NCBI GenBank assembly: GCA_038317055.1
Contig: JBBQBA010000002.1
Span: forward strand, 182,967 to 246,966
Length of the DNA: 64,000 bases
From: Candidatus Saccharimonadales bacterium
Lineage (GTDB): Bacteria; Patescibacteriota; Saccharimonadia; Saccharimonadales; DATKHC01
Direction: 5' to 3'
Below, piece by piece: positions 41,467-51,891 of the stretch; the first letter of the stretch is position 1, and the number at the start of each line of letters is the position of its first letter. The position numbers and the translations under genes were made by a program. The notes beneath the pieces are model-generated. The model was not told the DNA's origin. It searched no databases and saw only the letters and a list, made by a program, of their open reading frames with translations.

Positions 41467-42887
41467 ATCTTATAATTTGGATTTAGCCAATCCGGAATAT
41501 TTTTAGGACCCGAAGAATTGTCATTATAGATTTGTAGATCTTTTGTCTCTCTAGACCAATGATAAAGAATTGGGTCAACTATTTTCCATGACGCTAACAC
41601 TTCTTCGTTAGTTGCAAACAAAGTATGATCGCCTCTTATAGCATCAACCAGAACTCGCTCATATGCATCAGGGCTAGAATCAGCTGAGAAAAACTTACTA
41701 TAGCTAAAGTCCATGTCTACATTCTGAAGCTCATTATCTAGTCCAGGTTTTTTTACTATAAGTTCTATATCTATACCCTCATTTGGCTGAATTCGAAACG
41801 TCAAACTGTTATGCAGTGTTTGTTTCTCGGTTTCATCATTTCTTTTAAATACCACTCGTATTTCAGTTTGTTTTTTATCAAGTGACTTTCCGGTTTTAAT
41901 AACGATCGGTACGCCCATCCAACGAGGATTATTAATAGAAACCTCAATGGCGGCAAAAGTTTCAATATTTGATTTAGGATTATTTACTTCGGTTTTATAA
42001 CTTTGATATTGGCCACGGACAGCTAACTTATTAACTTTATCGGATGGTATTTGAACAACTGAGTTTAGTAGTGCCAACTTAGATTCGTGGATATCATCAC
42101 TCTCAAGAGTGTCTGGTTCTTCCATGGTAATTACTGACATAAGTTGCAACAAGTGACTTTGAACTAGATCTCTAAGCGCACCTGTTTGTTCATAGAATAT
42201 AGATCTGCCTTCAATCCCAATTGTCTCGGTAGCAGTTATATCAATTCGTGAGATATGATTGCTATTCCACAGTGATTCAAAAATAGCATTATTAAATCTA
42301 AAGTTAAGAATATTTTGAACGGTTTCTTTTGCTAGATAATGATCGATTCTGAATATTTGTTCTTCTTTGAAATGTTCTGTGGTTTCGGTTATTAATTTTT
42401 CAGCAGATTTAAGATCATAACCAAACGGTTTTTCAATAAGTAATCTTGAATCTGCATCATTATGCTGACATTTTCTATTTAATCCATTTTCTCCCAGAAA
42501 TCTAACTATCGGTCCAAAAACTTGTGGTGGGATAGACAAATAAAAAAGTCTATTCATGCACATGCCTTTGTCTTCTTCCATTTTATTCAGTTTTTCTAAT
42601 AGAGCCTTATACTCGCTTGATTCAGTTACGTTCATTGTTTGAACTTCAAATCGATCTTTCAAAAACTCAATGGCTGATTCATCATATTCTGGATAACCAG
42701 ATATTAAATCAGCAAGCATATCTTGAGTTGAAATATTTTGTCTAGTTATTCCGACTATAACTGTATTGTCGTCAAGTAGGTTTGCTTTAATTAAGCGGTA
42801 AAGTGCAGGAAATAGTTTTCGTTTTACTAGATCTCCAGTTACACCGAATATTACTATGATTGCAGGGTCAGGTTTGTTTGTTTTCAT
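41463..42887 (-). CDS. zwf: Glucose-6-phosphate 1-dehydrogenase
   Basis: GVTGDL, EKPFG, RIDHYLAKE. Confidence 0.97.
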   Translation of the reverse strand: MKTNKPDPAIIVIFGVTGDLVKRKLFPALYRLIKANLLDDNTVIVGITRQNISTQDMLADLISGYPEYDESAIEFLKDRFEVQTMNVTESSEYKALLEKLNKMEEDKGMCMNRLFYLSIPPQVFGPIVRFLGENGLNRKCQHNDADSRLLIEKPFGYDLKSAEKLITETTEHFKEEQIFRIDHYLAKETVQNILNFRFNNAIFESLWNSNHISRIDITATETIGIEGRSIFYEQTGALRDLVQSHLLQLMSVITMEEPDTLESDDIHESKLALLNSVVQIPSDKVNKLAVRGQYQSYKTEVNNPKSNIETFAAIEVSINNPRWMGVPIVIKTGKSLDKKQTEIRVVFKRNDETEKQTLHNSLTFRIQPNEGIDIELIVKKPGLDNELQNVDMDFSYSKFFSADSSPDAYERVLVDAIRGDHTLFATNEEVLASWKIVDPILYHWSRETKDLQIYNDNSSGPKNIPDWLNPNYKI

Positions 42888-43789
42888 TTTGGGTTTTCTA
42901 CGTGACCGCCAAATTTATTTCGAAGAACTGCAAGAAGCTTTGTAGCATATGACACTTTTCCATTTTGAGATTGAATCCTTACATCAAAAGCTGCTTGGGT
43001 TACTGGCATTTCGATATTTAGCTCTTTAGCGGATTCGAGTGTCCATCGAGTTTCTCCTGATTCAGATACCACACCTTCGACTCCATCAAGATTAGGATTT
43101 TCAGCAAGGGCTTGTTGAGCTAATCCATTTAGACTAGATTCAATAATACTGCCATGCTGCCAAACTTCAGCTACTTTGGCTAAGTTTAGTTCTTTATACG
43201 GACCTTCTTTTAGGAGATGATAGCCTTCGGCCAAACTTTCCATTACTCCATATTCAATTGCATTATGGACCATCTTAACAAAGTGTCCGGTTCCACCAGG
43301 ACCAAAGTAGTTATACGAACCGGATGGTTTAGACAAAAGTTCAAGTACTGGTTTTATATTTTCATATCCTTCATTTGATCCACCGACCATCAATGAAAAA
43401 CCATTAGCTGCACCTAATATTCCACCACTTGTTCCAACGTCGACAAAATTAATATTTTTCGGAATAAGTTGCTCAGCACGTTTTTGGCTTTCTCGGTAAT
43501 CAGAGTTTCCGCCATCAATAAGAGTGCTTCCTTTAGGAAGTAATAGTTCCCACGCTGATATTTCTGATTCGACAAACTGAGCGGGGATCATTAACCATAT
43601 AACTGCTGGCTCACCACTAAATTTTGCTACAACATCTTCTCTCGAGCTAGCTCCAATCGCTCCTTTTGCAGCCGCAGCATCAATAGTCAAATTTGATTGG
43701 TCATAGGCAACAACTTCGATACCTCCAGCTACAAGCTTTTCTACAATTTGAAAGCCCATCTTTCCTAATCCTATAATTGCTATCTTCAT
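42884..43789 (-). CDS. gnd: 6-phosphogluconate dehydrogenase, short type
   Basis: GLGKMG, DGGNS, GHFVKMVHNAIEYG, RNKFGGH. Confidence 0.95.
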   Translation of the reverse strand: MKIAIIGLGKMGFQIVEKLVAGGIEVVAYDQSNLTIDAAAAKGAIGASSREDVVAKFSGEPAVIWLMIPAQFVESEISAWELLLPKGSTLIDGGNSDYRESQKRAEQLIPKNINFVDVGTSGGILGAANGFSLMVGGSNEGYENIKPVLELLSKPSGSYNYFGPGGTGHFVKMVHNAIEYGVMESLAEGYHLLKEGPYKELNLAKVAEVWQHGSIIESSLNGLAQQALAENPNLDGVEGVVSESGETRWTLESAKELNIEMPVTQAAFDVRIQSQNGKVSYATKLLAVLRNKFGGHVENPK

Positions 43790-44463
43790 TTTTGATCTCC
43801 GATCATACCATTAATTATATATGCGTCTGATACTTGCTTAAATATTTGAGCTGGTTGCTCTGCTAATGATAAATCTTTATCGTGTAGGGCGGTTATCGCA
43901 GTCTCTTTATTTGCTCCAAAAGCAAAAATTAGTGCCATTGAAATTTTCTTAATTCCTTCAAATGACAGAGTTATTCGATTAAAATCTGGGGCGTCATATC
44001 CAACAACTAATTCCTGTGTTGGCTCAGTAGCAAAAGAATGTGGCAAAATTCCAGCCGTATGTCCATCAGCTCCAATTCCAAATTGTCCTATTATAAAATC
44101 TGATTCAGAAAATACCTTTTGAACACAGTTATTATATGTTTCGACAGTTTCAACTTGGTCTTGGTTATCCGATTTTATTACTGGGTAATTTTTAACCTTA
44201 TTAAAATCAATGCCGGCTTGTTGTAACTGATAATAATTTGAATCACGGTGGCCTAAAGATCCAAAACGCTCATCAACCAACATAATAGTTAGCTTTAAAA
44301 GTGCAGCTGAATTAAATTTATTAAATATACTAGCTGCAAGCTGAATATTGCTTCCACCTGATATTAACCAAGTTACTTTTTTGTATTTGGCTAGTGCAGA
44401 TTGAATATCATCAAACAGTATTTTCTCGGCTTGATCAATAGTGTTAACTTTAACGAAATGCAT
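43786..44463 (-). CDS. pgl: 6-phosphogluconolactonase
   Basis: SGGS, VDER, GIGADGHTAG, RITLS; operon with gnd-zwf. Confidence 0.88.
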   Translation of the reverse strand: MHFVKVNTIDQAEKILFDDIQSALAKYKKVTWLISGGSNIQLAASIFNKFNSAALLKLTIMLVDERFGSLGHRDSNYYQLQQAGIDFNKVKNYPVIKSDNQDQVETVETYNNCVQKVFSESDFIIGQFGIGADGHTAGILPHSFATEPTQELVVGYDAPDFNRITLSFEGIKKISMALIFAFGANKETAITALHDKDLSLAEQPAQIFKQVSDAYIINGMIGDQK

Positions 44464-44569
44464 AGGCTTACTATACTTTATATATAGCTAAATAATAAGA
44501 TAAAGCCTATGTTTGACAACTACTTTGATTAAGCTACTATTATACAATCATCACAAAACTTAGGGAGCA

Positions 44570-45328
44570 TTGATGCGAAAACTATTCCGTAACCAAGATG
44601 GTTTAAGTCGACCTATAATAATTTTAGTAATAGTAGTGTTGCTTGTAATAATCGGAGCAGCAATTAGCCAATCAAATAAGAAAGACAATAAGACAAACAC
44701 ACAATCTAATACATCAACAACGACGGCTGTAGTGCCAATCTCTAGCGCATGTTCAAAAAACTATAACGATGACAATCTTTGCCGTTTTGCTAACTATACT
44801 GATTTAGCTAACCATCAATATATTGCGACCGGTTCAGCAATAGCATCTAGCGGTGCAAAGACTTCATTTATAATCGAAAACGATGGCAAAGGTAATTCAA
44901 AGTTAGTTTTTGGTGTAAATGGTAAACAACTTTCTCAAATAACCCTAAACGGCTACGTGTATATTCAAACCGGCGTTAATACAACCTGGCAAGAATATCC
45001 AGCAAGCAGTGCAGGCGCAGCAGCCATCAAAAATCCAGCCAATGGATTTAGTTTAAATTTTAATACTAGTACACCAGCTGATGTTAGCGTTGAAAAAATG
45101 GGAATTACTAGTTGTGGGACAAAAACAAAATCGACCTGCTATAAATATAAGGTAGTAGAAACTTCTGCACCAGGTACGTTGCAGTATATTTTATTTGATA
45201 CTCATACTTATCTTCTTAGACAATGGAGCGCAATTAATAGCACCACAAAAGAACAAATTGAAATAAACTTTAGCTATATTGGCATACCTATAACAAAGCC
45301 ATCACCAGTAAAACAGGCGACAAACTAA
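44570..45328 (+). CDS. Exported single-TM protein with pilin-like leader
   Basis: RNQDG|LSRPIIILVIVVLL; Cys pairs; beta-rich. Confidence 0.7.
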   Translation: MMRKLFRNQDGLSRPIIILVIVVLLVIIGAAISQSNKKDNKTNTQSNTSTTTAVVPISSACSKNYNDDNLCRFANYTDLANHQYIATGSAIASSGAKTSFIIENDGKGNSKLVFGVNGKQLSQITLNGYVYIQTGVNTTWQEYPASSAGAAAIKNPANGFSLNFNTSTPADVSVEKMGITSCGTKTKSTCYKYKVVETSAPGTLQYILFDTHTYLLRQWSAINSTTKEQIEINFSYIGIPITKPSPVKQATN

Positions 45329-45354
45329 ACACAAACACAATATTTTATGTTAAT

Positions 45355-46467
45355 TTATTGTTTATGTAGATTAGGTGGTTGAATCACTGTACCTCTAAAA
45401 CAACTGAGTGAGTAAGGGAAATCTTCTGTCATAACATAGTGATACATATTGAGTGTTTTTCCGTCCAAATTTATTTCACTTGTGATGCCATGACAAACAT
45501 CTAGATCACTTGTAGTTAATATATTATTTGTGCCAACGTCGGGTCCAGTGATCGGGAAACCATCAAGCGCATAACCAATTACCGTATGAACACTAACGTC
45601 TTTTATACAAGAACTAAGAGTGTGGTAATGATATTCTTTGTCCATATCCGGGTGTCCATCACAGGAGTCTTGGACTTCCCAAGCACCAGCATCACGTCCA
45701 CCAGCATCAAAAGCATTAAATAATGCAACTCCGGTTAACATTACTCCTGATTCGCCACCCATACATTGTGGAGTTCCATAAGTTGGTGTTGAAGAAAGCG
45801 CATAAGTTAGACTTTGTGCCTGAATACTATTTGGATTGCGATCATAAGCATAGGCAGGGTCAGAACTAGCAATTGGAAATATACCTGTAGGATTGTTAGG
45901 CAAGTCATTTGTAATTATTGTTCTGGTTGTGCCAGTTAAAGTGTTCGTGAAACTAGCTTGCCATACTACGCTACCATGCACTTGAACCTTTTTCGTAATA
46001 TCATACTCCGTATTATTATTTGTAAACCAAGGACCGCGCGTAAAAGCACCGCCTCCTTGGCTACCGCTTAAGTTCTGGGCATAAGTTGGACATGTAAAAA
46101 CTGACCCAACTTGAGCAGTAGAAGTGGAATATTTACCATCACCAACTGGAAGTAATCCATTTATATATTTATTTCCGTAATTTTTATTAAAGTTCAGCTG
46201 TAGCCCTTGAACCGGAGTTGATGTTGTGAGCGACTTTGTAGTCTTTATAACAGTTACCGTAGAAGCTGTTTTATTAGTTGTTCTATGAAATATTAATACG
46301 ATTGAAGTTACAACAATAATAATCAAAAACAGTGCAACCGGTATTATTAGTTCCTTTTTATGTGATTTTTTAGATGGTTCTGGTGATAGCAGAGCAGGTG
46401 GGGTTAGTGATTCAGTCGTAGGAACAGGATTTTGAGTAGGAATGGGTTCTTGCTTATCTTTATCCAT
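45355..46467 (-). CDS. YHYH-domain membrane-anchored protein
   Basis: DSCDGHP...EYHYH, IGYALDGFPI, LDVCHG, YHYV. Confidence 0.88.
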   Translation of the reverse strand: MDKDKQEPIPTQNPVPTTESLTPPALLSPEPSKKSHKKELIIPVALFLIIIVVTSIVLIFHRTTNKTASTVTVIKTTKSLTTSTPVQGLQLNFNKNYGNKYINGLLPVGDGKYSTSTAQVGSVFTCPTYAQNLSGSQGGGAFTRGPWFTNNNTEYDITKKVQVHGSVVWQASFTNTLTGTTRTIITNDLPNNPTGIFPIASSDPAYAYDRNPNSIQAQSLTYALSSTPTYGTPQCMGGESGVMLTGVALFNAFDAGGRDAGAWEVQDSCDGHPDMDKEYHYHTLSSCIKDVSVHTVIGYALDGFPITGPDVGTNNILTTSDLDVCHGITSEINLDGKTLNMYHYVMTEDFPYSLSCFRGTVIQPPNLHKQ

Positions 46468-46549
46468 TTGCCTAGTATTATACTTTAAATAATTTAGTTA
46501 TAAGTATGAAATTGCAGTTTAATACGTTTATACTTATATATGTCATATT

Positions 46550-47776
46550 ATGAGACAATCCAAATCTAGCAAAAAACATTCTCACAGAGTACGACATACT
46601 ACATCGGTTGTTTTGGTGTTATTAATAATTTCCTATGTGATAACTATATTGCTTCTTCCCCTAAAACCGATTTATGCGACAAATCTTGCAAGCCCAGTTA
46701 CTGCCAGTGGTCAATTAAGTGTGGTTTGGCCAAATAGCAAACAAGCATCAATCGGAGTACTTGGTTCTGGAACTTTAATATCTAATGGTTCGCAGTTACC
46801 GACTCCAACTGCTAGTATCGCTAAAGTAGTGACTGCACTTACTGTCCTTAAAAAATATCCATTAACCGTCGGACAACAAGGACCCACTATTACAATAAAC
46901 TCTAGTGATGTGGCTGATTACAATAGTTTTGTAGCTCAAGATGGATCTGTAATAAAAGTAGTAGCTGGTGAACAAATTACCGAATACCAAGCACTTCAAG
47001 CAATGTTACTTCCTTCTGCTAATAATATGGCAGATACACTAGCTATTTGGGCATATGGATCAACAGCAAATTATATTGTTGCGGCTAATGCATATGTAAA
47101 ATCATTAAACATGTCAACGACGATAATTTCTGATCCAAGTGGCTTTTCTCCAAACACAGTTAGTACCTCAGCTGATTTAATTAAGCTAGGTGAAGCTGCC
47201 TTAAGTAATCAAGTTGTAGCCCAAATTGTTGATCAAACCAGCGCAATTCTACCGGTAGCTGGGATTGTTAAAAATGTAGATTTTTATTTGGGTGTAGATA
47301 GTCTTATCGGTATTAAAACCGGCAATACTGATCAAGCAGGTGGTTGCTTTTTATCAGCAGCTAAATATGATCTGGGTGGTGGCAATTCTATAACTGTAAT
47401 TGGAGCAGTAATGAATGCACCTAATCTGCACCAGGCTTTAATTCAAACTATTCCAATGCTTAGATCAGTTAAAAATCAAATAGTCTTAAAGACTCTGCCA
47501 GCAGAAACAGCAATAAGTACCTACAAATTACCTTGGGGTGAATCAATTAATTCTGTAACAAAATCTTCAATTGCAATTCCGTATTTACCACAATTACCAA
47601 TTAGTTATTCAAATATTTCAAATAAAGTTATTCCACCTAAAAACATCGATACACAAGTAGGCAGCGTTTCGCTTGGTGTTGGAAATGACAAAAACCGAAC
47701 AGCACTAGTTTTAAACCAAAATATTACTAAACCTTCAATATTCTGGAGATTAACTCATCCACAGTACTTTATTTAG
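46550..47776 (+). CDS. D-alanyl-D-alanine carboxypeptidase (peptidase S11)
   Basis: ASIAK, PSANN, KTG. Confidence 0.92.
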   Translation: MRQSKSSKKHSHRVRHTTSVVLVLLIISYVITILLLPLKPIYATNLASPVTASGQLSVVWPNSKQASIGVLGSGTLISNGSQLPTPTASIAKVVTALTVLKKYPLTVGQQGPTITINSSDVADYNSFVAQDGSVIKVVAGEQITEYQALQAMLLPSANNMADTLAIWAYGSTANYIVAANAYVKSLNMSTTIISDPSGFSPNTVSTSADLIKLGEAALSNQVVAQIVDQTSAILPVAGIVKNVDFYLGVDSLIGIKTGNTDQAGGCFLSAAKYDLGGGNSITVIGAVMNAPNLHQALIQTIPMLRSVKNQIVLKTLPAETAISTYKLPWGESINSVTKSSIAIPYLPQLPISYSNISNKVIPPKNIDTQVGSVSLGVGNDKNRTALVLNQNITKPSIFWRLTHPQYFI

Positions 47777-47788
47777 TTATTCTTTAAT

Positions 47789-48718
47789 TCACTCGTTTAG
47801 TAGCAGTACTTCTCGAGCGTCAGTATTTTCGATACCTTTAGGATCTATACCTCTATCAATTAAATCGATTGCATATCTAGTAATATAGTTACCCCAAGCA
47901 AATAATACGTCATCAATTGCCGTACGTTCACTTTGACGTAACTTTATAAGTCCATTAGCTGCTAGTTCGTGGTCTTTATAGAAGCCAGATCCAACAGGTT
48001 CTTCACCACTGGTTTCAAGATGTCCATGATCCTCAAGAAACTGAACTTGTTCTGGAGTTGCAAAAAAAGAAGTTCTTGCAACCGGACAGCCGACGCTAGT
48101 TTTACGATCAATTCTAGCTCTAAGCTCTCTTTTAGCTGTTTCGTCTAAAACAAACTTGAATAGTCCTGTTTCTTTGTCTCTTAGTGAAACGATTATGTCG
48201 TCCTCCAGTTCTAATTCTTTTGATAGTTTTGGAATCCCTCCTGTCGGATGACGTAAGGCTGGAGCAAGTTCTCCTTGTCCCGTAAGTGCCATACTGTTCA
48301 TAAGATCACCGAACCATTCAGTTTGAAATAATTTACCATAATCCATTAAGCTAAGAGGCTCAGATATGGCATTAAAGTGTAGTAGTATATTTGAAATATG
48401 ATTACCCACACTACCAGCAATTAACGATGTAAAGTTTCTGTCACCAAATCCTTGATAGAAAATACCTCGTTCATACCAAATACCATTAATCCCACTCTCT
48501 TGTGCCGCATCACTAGCTTGATCCTGAGAATATTCTAATTCATCGCGTACATAGATAGACTCGGCTAGGGCTTTTGGGTCAAGTATAGCTATAGGAGGGA
48601 AATCTAGGTAAACAATATCGGGTATGATTGTTTCGCGGGCGTGCTTTGAAAAGACGGCTGGCGATATACTTCTGTGTATGTCTTTTCTTGTTTCTGTGAC
48701 GTCCATTACTTCTGACAT
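47789..48718 (-). CDS. Hypothetical acidic protein
   Basis: 309 aa; single GCP motif. Confidence 0.65.
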   Translation of the reverse strand: MSEVMDVTETRKDIHRSISPAVFSKHARETIIPDIVYLDFPPIAILDPKALAESIYVRDELEYSQDQASDAAQESGINGIWYERGIFYQGFGDRNFTSLIAGSVGNHISNILLHFNAISEPLSLMDYGKLFQTEWFGDLMNSMALTGQGELAPALRHPTGGIPKLSKELELEDDIIVSLRDKETGLFKFVLDETAKRELRARIDRKTSVGCPVARTSFFATPEQVQFLEDHGHLETSGEEPVGSGFYKDHELAANGLIKLRQSERTAIDDVLFAWGNYITRYAIDLIDRGIDPKGIENTDAREVLLLNE

Positions 48719-48757
48719 AATCAGTTATTATAACATTTTCTTTAGCTTTTTACAATT

Positions 48758-49282
48758 CTAAATCGTAATTATTTCGTCATGTTTTTTAGCAAAATACTCT
48801 AAATCGCCTCTATTTACCGATTTTTTAGTTAAATATGAGGTTAAATAGCCAGTGTTTGAGTTATTTTTCTTAAAATCTATAGAAAATATCTTTTTAATAT
48901 TTAGTGGTTTTGTATATTTTATTTTATATAGTTCTAAGCTTCGAGCATTTGTCAGTATAATCCAGTCTGCACCGACTGTTGCACCGTAGTAAATAGCCTG
49001 CCTAAGGTGTTTGTTAGATAGCTGGGTTCTAATTGATTTAGCTTCTATAACGATAGATTTTCGGTTATTTAGGATTATTAAGTAATCTATGTAACCACCC
49101 ATGATAGGAAATTCGGTTTTGATATCAATTAACTCTCTATAGCCCAACACATCACTAAGTAAGTGGTTAATAATTATCCTGGTAGCTGATTCGTCTAAAT
49201 TTTCTAAATGTTTATTTAAATAAGTTGTTCTGTAGCGGTGTAGGGCGTTATTTAGCTTACTGTCTTTTAGGACTTTCTGCAT
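48758..49282 (-). CDS. Stand-alone type I restriction HsdR N-terminal-like nuclease domain
   Basis: E..TR...LGY, IDY, IEAK, QAIYY, ILTNA. Confidence 0.8.
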   Translation of the reverse strand: MQKVLKDSKLNNALHRYRTTYLNKHLENLDESATRIIINHLLSDVLGYRELIDIKTEFPIMGGYIDYLIILNNRKSIVIEAKSIRTQLSNKHLRQAIYYGATVGADWIILTNARSLELYKIKYTKPLNIKKIFSIDFKKNNSNTGYLTSYLTKKSVNRGDLEYFAKKHDEIITI

Positions 49283-49438
49283 ATTTTGCTCGTTTACCGA
49301 CCATTAACTAGGTCTAAAAAGTTATACTACCATGTTTTTTAGTTTATTGCAAACCCTTTATGTTTAGATATACTTATTTGGCTTCACTAAACACTAGCAA
49401 TATTGATGTTTTTACTCAATAATGTAATACTTTAGTTA

Positions 49439-50017
49439 ATGGAAGATGGAAATAAAAGTGGGGGCGCTCCAGTTAATAGTTCTGAGCCTAATAAGTCAGT
49501 TTCTAGTGGTAAATCTAATAAGAATCTGTCTCTAATAATTATTGGAGTTATCTTAGTATTAGTAATAGCTGGTGGAGCTTATGCCTATCATGCATCTAAA
49601 CATAAGACAACAACCAGCACAGTCGCTTCAGGCGCACCAACTGGAAAAACTTTCAAACCGATTACGTCTGGTCCAAAAATTGTCAAAACACCGGTTACAA
49701 CCACAACAAGTTGTGGTGCTGATCCATCATGTTTTAACACCAGCTTTAAAGACTGTACTCCAGCTACACTAACATCAAGTATTTCAAATATTGCAGTTAA
49801 GTATCAGATACTCGGCCCACAGGGTGGAGGTTGCAGTATGTCATTTGTTTATACGAAAGCTAGTCAAGCCACCTGGCTTAATCAACCAATGACCTGTAAT
49901 TTTGATAATAAGCAAAGCCTACAAGCATCAGTAACAGCAGCATTCACAGATCTGTCAAAAGGCAACAATACATACTCTTGTGTTGGTCCTTTTGTAGCGG
50001 TACTTCAGCACCCATAA
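49439..50017 (+). CDS. Single-TM exported Cys-rich protein
   Basis: TM, Thr-rich linker, six Cys. Confidence 0.7.
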   Translation: MEDGNKSGGAPVNSSEPNKSVSSGKSNKNLSLIIIGVILVLVIAGGAYAYHASKHKTTTSTVASGAPTGKTFKPITSGPKIVKTPVTTTTSCGADPSCFNTSFKDCTPATLTSSISNIAVKYQILGPQGGGCSMSFVYTKASQATWLNQPMTCNFDNKQSLQASVTAAFTDLSKGNNTYSCVGPFVAVLQHP

Positions 50018-50044
50018 TTAAACCATTCACCTCTGTAGCTTACA

Positions 50045-50073
50045 TTGACAATTTTAAATTTTAGTGATAGAGT
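50045..50073 (+). promoter_or_regulatory. Sigma-70 promoter for the 50124 gene
   Basis: TTGACA-N17-TAGAGT with extended TG; hairpin TCGTC-AAGC-GACGA at 50082-50095. Confidence 0.65.
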
Positions 50074-50123
50074 ATATTAATTCGTCAAGCGACGATGTTC
50101 ATTCATTCAAGGAGTTGGTGTAA

Positions 50124-50396
50124 TTGTCAACGGACACAAGGTTCATTAAAAGAGCGATCGCTCTTGAGGCTATTGCGATTGTAGTTCTGCTTGGTGCATT
50201 TATGGCTTCAATTTACTACATTGCATTCATGCATATGCCGATTGAGTGGGGAGTTTGTATGTGTATTGTAGATGTCGGGATAATCATTGTACTTATTTGG
50301 GCAATTTACAGTGAGTTCTCAAGACTCCGTCCACACATCCACACCAAGGTATCAAAGCCACTTATGTTCAAAGGTGACAAAGGTTCCGAAATGTAG
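50124..50396 (+). CDS. Small two-TM membrane protein
   Basis: AAGGAG SD, TTG start, two hydrophobic helices. Confidence 0.6.
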   Translation: MSTDTRFIKRAIALEAIAIVVLLGAFMASIYYIAFMHMPIEWGVCMCIVDVGIIIVLIWAIYSEFSRLRPHIHTKVSKPLMFKGDKGSEM

Positions 50397-50400
50397 TTAC

Positions 50401-50556
50401 TTCAAAACCAGAATGTTTGAATCCCCCTAGCGTAGTCCGTAAAGATTTGATCAATACATGATCAATCCGAAAAAGAGACCTAGCGGGGACATGGCCGTAT
50501 GAAATATATCTTGTAGTCAAGGTGACGTTGAACCGCTCGGTTCATTTTCATCAACA
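50401..50556. ncRNA. Candidate structured RNA (multi-hairpin intergenic/3' UTR element)
   Basis: TTCAAA/TTTGAA; long TCCCC-CTAG...CTAG-C-GGGGA stem enclosing GATTTGATCA/TGATCAATC; TGAACC-GCTC-GGTTCA. Confidence 0.4.
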
Positions 50557-50567
50557 CAACTATTACT

Positions 50568-51155
50568 TCATACGGCTTTTTTCTTTGGTTTTTTTTCGCG
50601 TTTAAAAACCATCAAATTATTAATTAGCCAGCCCATTCTGTATCCAGCATTCATTAAAATTCTTATATATTCTTCGTCTAGGTTATCTCTTACGAAACCT
50701 TCATTAGTAAAAAAAGTATCCCAATATTCTTTAGGCTGACAATTAATATGTCCGACACCACCTTGACCGGGCTGAGCAGCCGTAAAAAAGATCGTGTCAG
50801 TTGTTTTAGCTATATTATGAATAGAAATCTCGGCATGTTCTGCGTCAATATGTTCCATTACTTCAATACAAAGCGTCAGATCAGCTTTAACTCCGATTGG
50901 AGTTTTAGTTATATCAGCAGTTTTAATCATTTTTCTAGGTATTTTTAATACCTCAGCCGAAACAGCAGAAATAGAAAAGTCCACTCCGGTAACTTTTATG
51001 CCAATGTCTAGATAAGGCTTGAGATATAATCCAGTAGCACTACCTATATCTAGTACAGATTTAGGCTTATATATCCAATTAAGTATATCTGCTAAACGGT
51101 TCGCCTGTTCAGCTTCTTCTTGGTTTATTTGGTCATAGTAATCAAGATCATACAT
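50568..51155 (-). CDS. Class I SAM-dependent methyltransferase
   Basis: VLDIGSATG, EVMEH, PGQGGVGHIN. Confidence 0.88.
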   Translation of the reverse strand: MYDLDYYDQINQEEAEQANRLADILNWIYKPKSVLDIGSATGLYLKPYLDIGIKVTGVDFSISAVSAEVLKIPRKMIKTADITKTPIGVKADLTLCIEVMEHIDAEHAEISIHNIAKTTDTIFFTAAQPGQGGVGHINCQPKEYWDTFFTNEGFVRDNLDEEYIRILMNAGYRMGWLINNLMVFKREKKPKKKAV

Positions 51156-51238
51156 ATGACGAATTATACTATGCTCAAATTATGATATATAAATCTTATC
51201 TATTCTTCGTGTTCAGATGAAGCAGCTTTTGAATGAGG

Positions 51239-51424
51239 TTAAGTACGATCTTCTACTACATAAGCTAAAATTAGTGACAAGAAGAAGAAAACCAAACTTA
51301 AAAGGAAAAACAGAATAAAGCTGTGGCCTTTTCGTTTAGCGACCATAGCTGGCCAAAAAGCGATTATTACCCAAATAACAATGCCTAATAATAAATAAGT
51401 AGTGTGCATAACGTCTCCTAACAC
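51239..51424 (-). CDS. Small membrane protein
   Basis: PAMVAKRKGHSF between two hydrophobic helices; real start probably at MHTT behind AGGAG. Confidence 0.7.
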   Translation of the reverse strand: MLGDVMHTTYLLLGIVIWVIIAFWPAMVAKRKGHSFILFFLLSLVFFFLSLILAYVVEDRT

Positions 51425-51477
51425 TTATAGTTTACGAACATACTGTCTCACGGCTTTATCTATTAATCAATGACTTC

Positions 51478-51891
51478 TTATTCTTTAACTTTTTGTATAG
51501 ACGTACAGAACTTACAGCGCTTAGCTTTAGTAGGAATCATACTTAAACATTCACTGCATTCTTTTTCGCCTGGTTCTTTTTCGGCTTTTCGACGATTAGC
51601 AGCAGTTTGCAATCGATTTAAGGGCTGGACAACAAAGAAGAACACAACAGCGGCGATTGATATAAAGGCAATTAATGCATTTAGAAAATTACCATAATAA
51701 AAAACACTATTATTAATCGTAAAACTAAGATTAGAAAAATCTGGTTTGCCTACAATAGCAGCTATAAGTGGAGTAAATATATCTTTAACCAGCGAGGTTA
51801 CTACCGCACCAAATGCAGCACCAACAACTACGGCTACCGCTAGATCTACTACCTTGCCACGAAGAATAAACTTTTTAAAATCCTTCAACAT
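51478..51891 (-). CDS. mscL: Large-conductance mechanosensitive channel with C-terminal Zn ribbon
   Basis: FKKFILRGKVVDLAVAVVVGAAF, YGNFLNALIAF; CSEC...CKFC. Confidence 0.93.
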   Translation of the reverse strand: MLKDFKKFILRGKVVDLAVAVVVGAAFGAVVTSLVKDIFTPLIAAIVGKPDFSNLSFTINNSVFYYGNFLNALIAFISIAAVVFFFVVQPLNRLQTAANRRKAEKEPGEKECSECLSMIPTKAKRCKFCTSIQKVKE

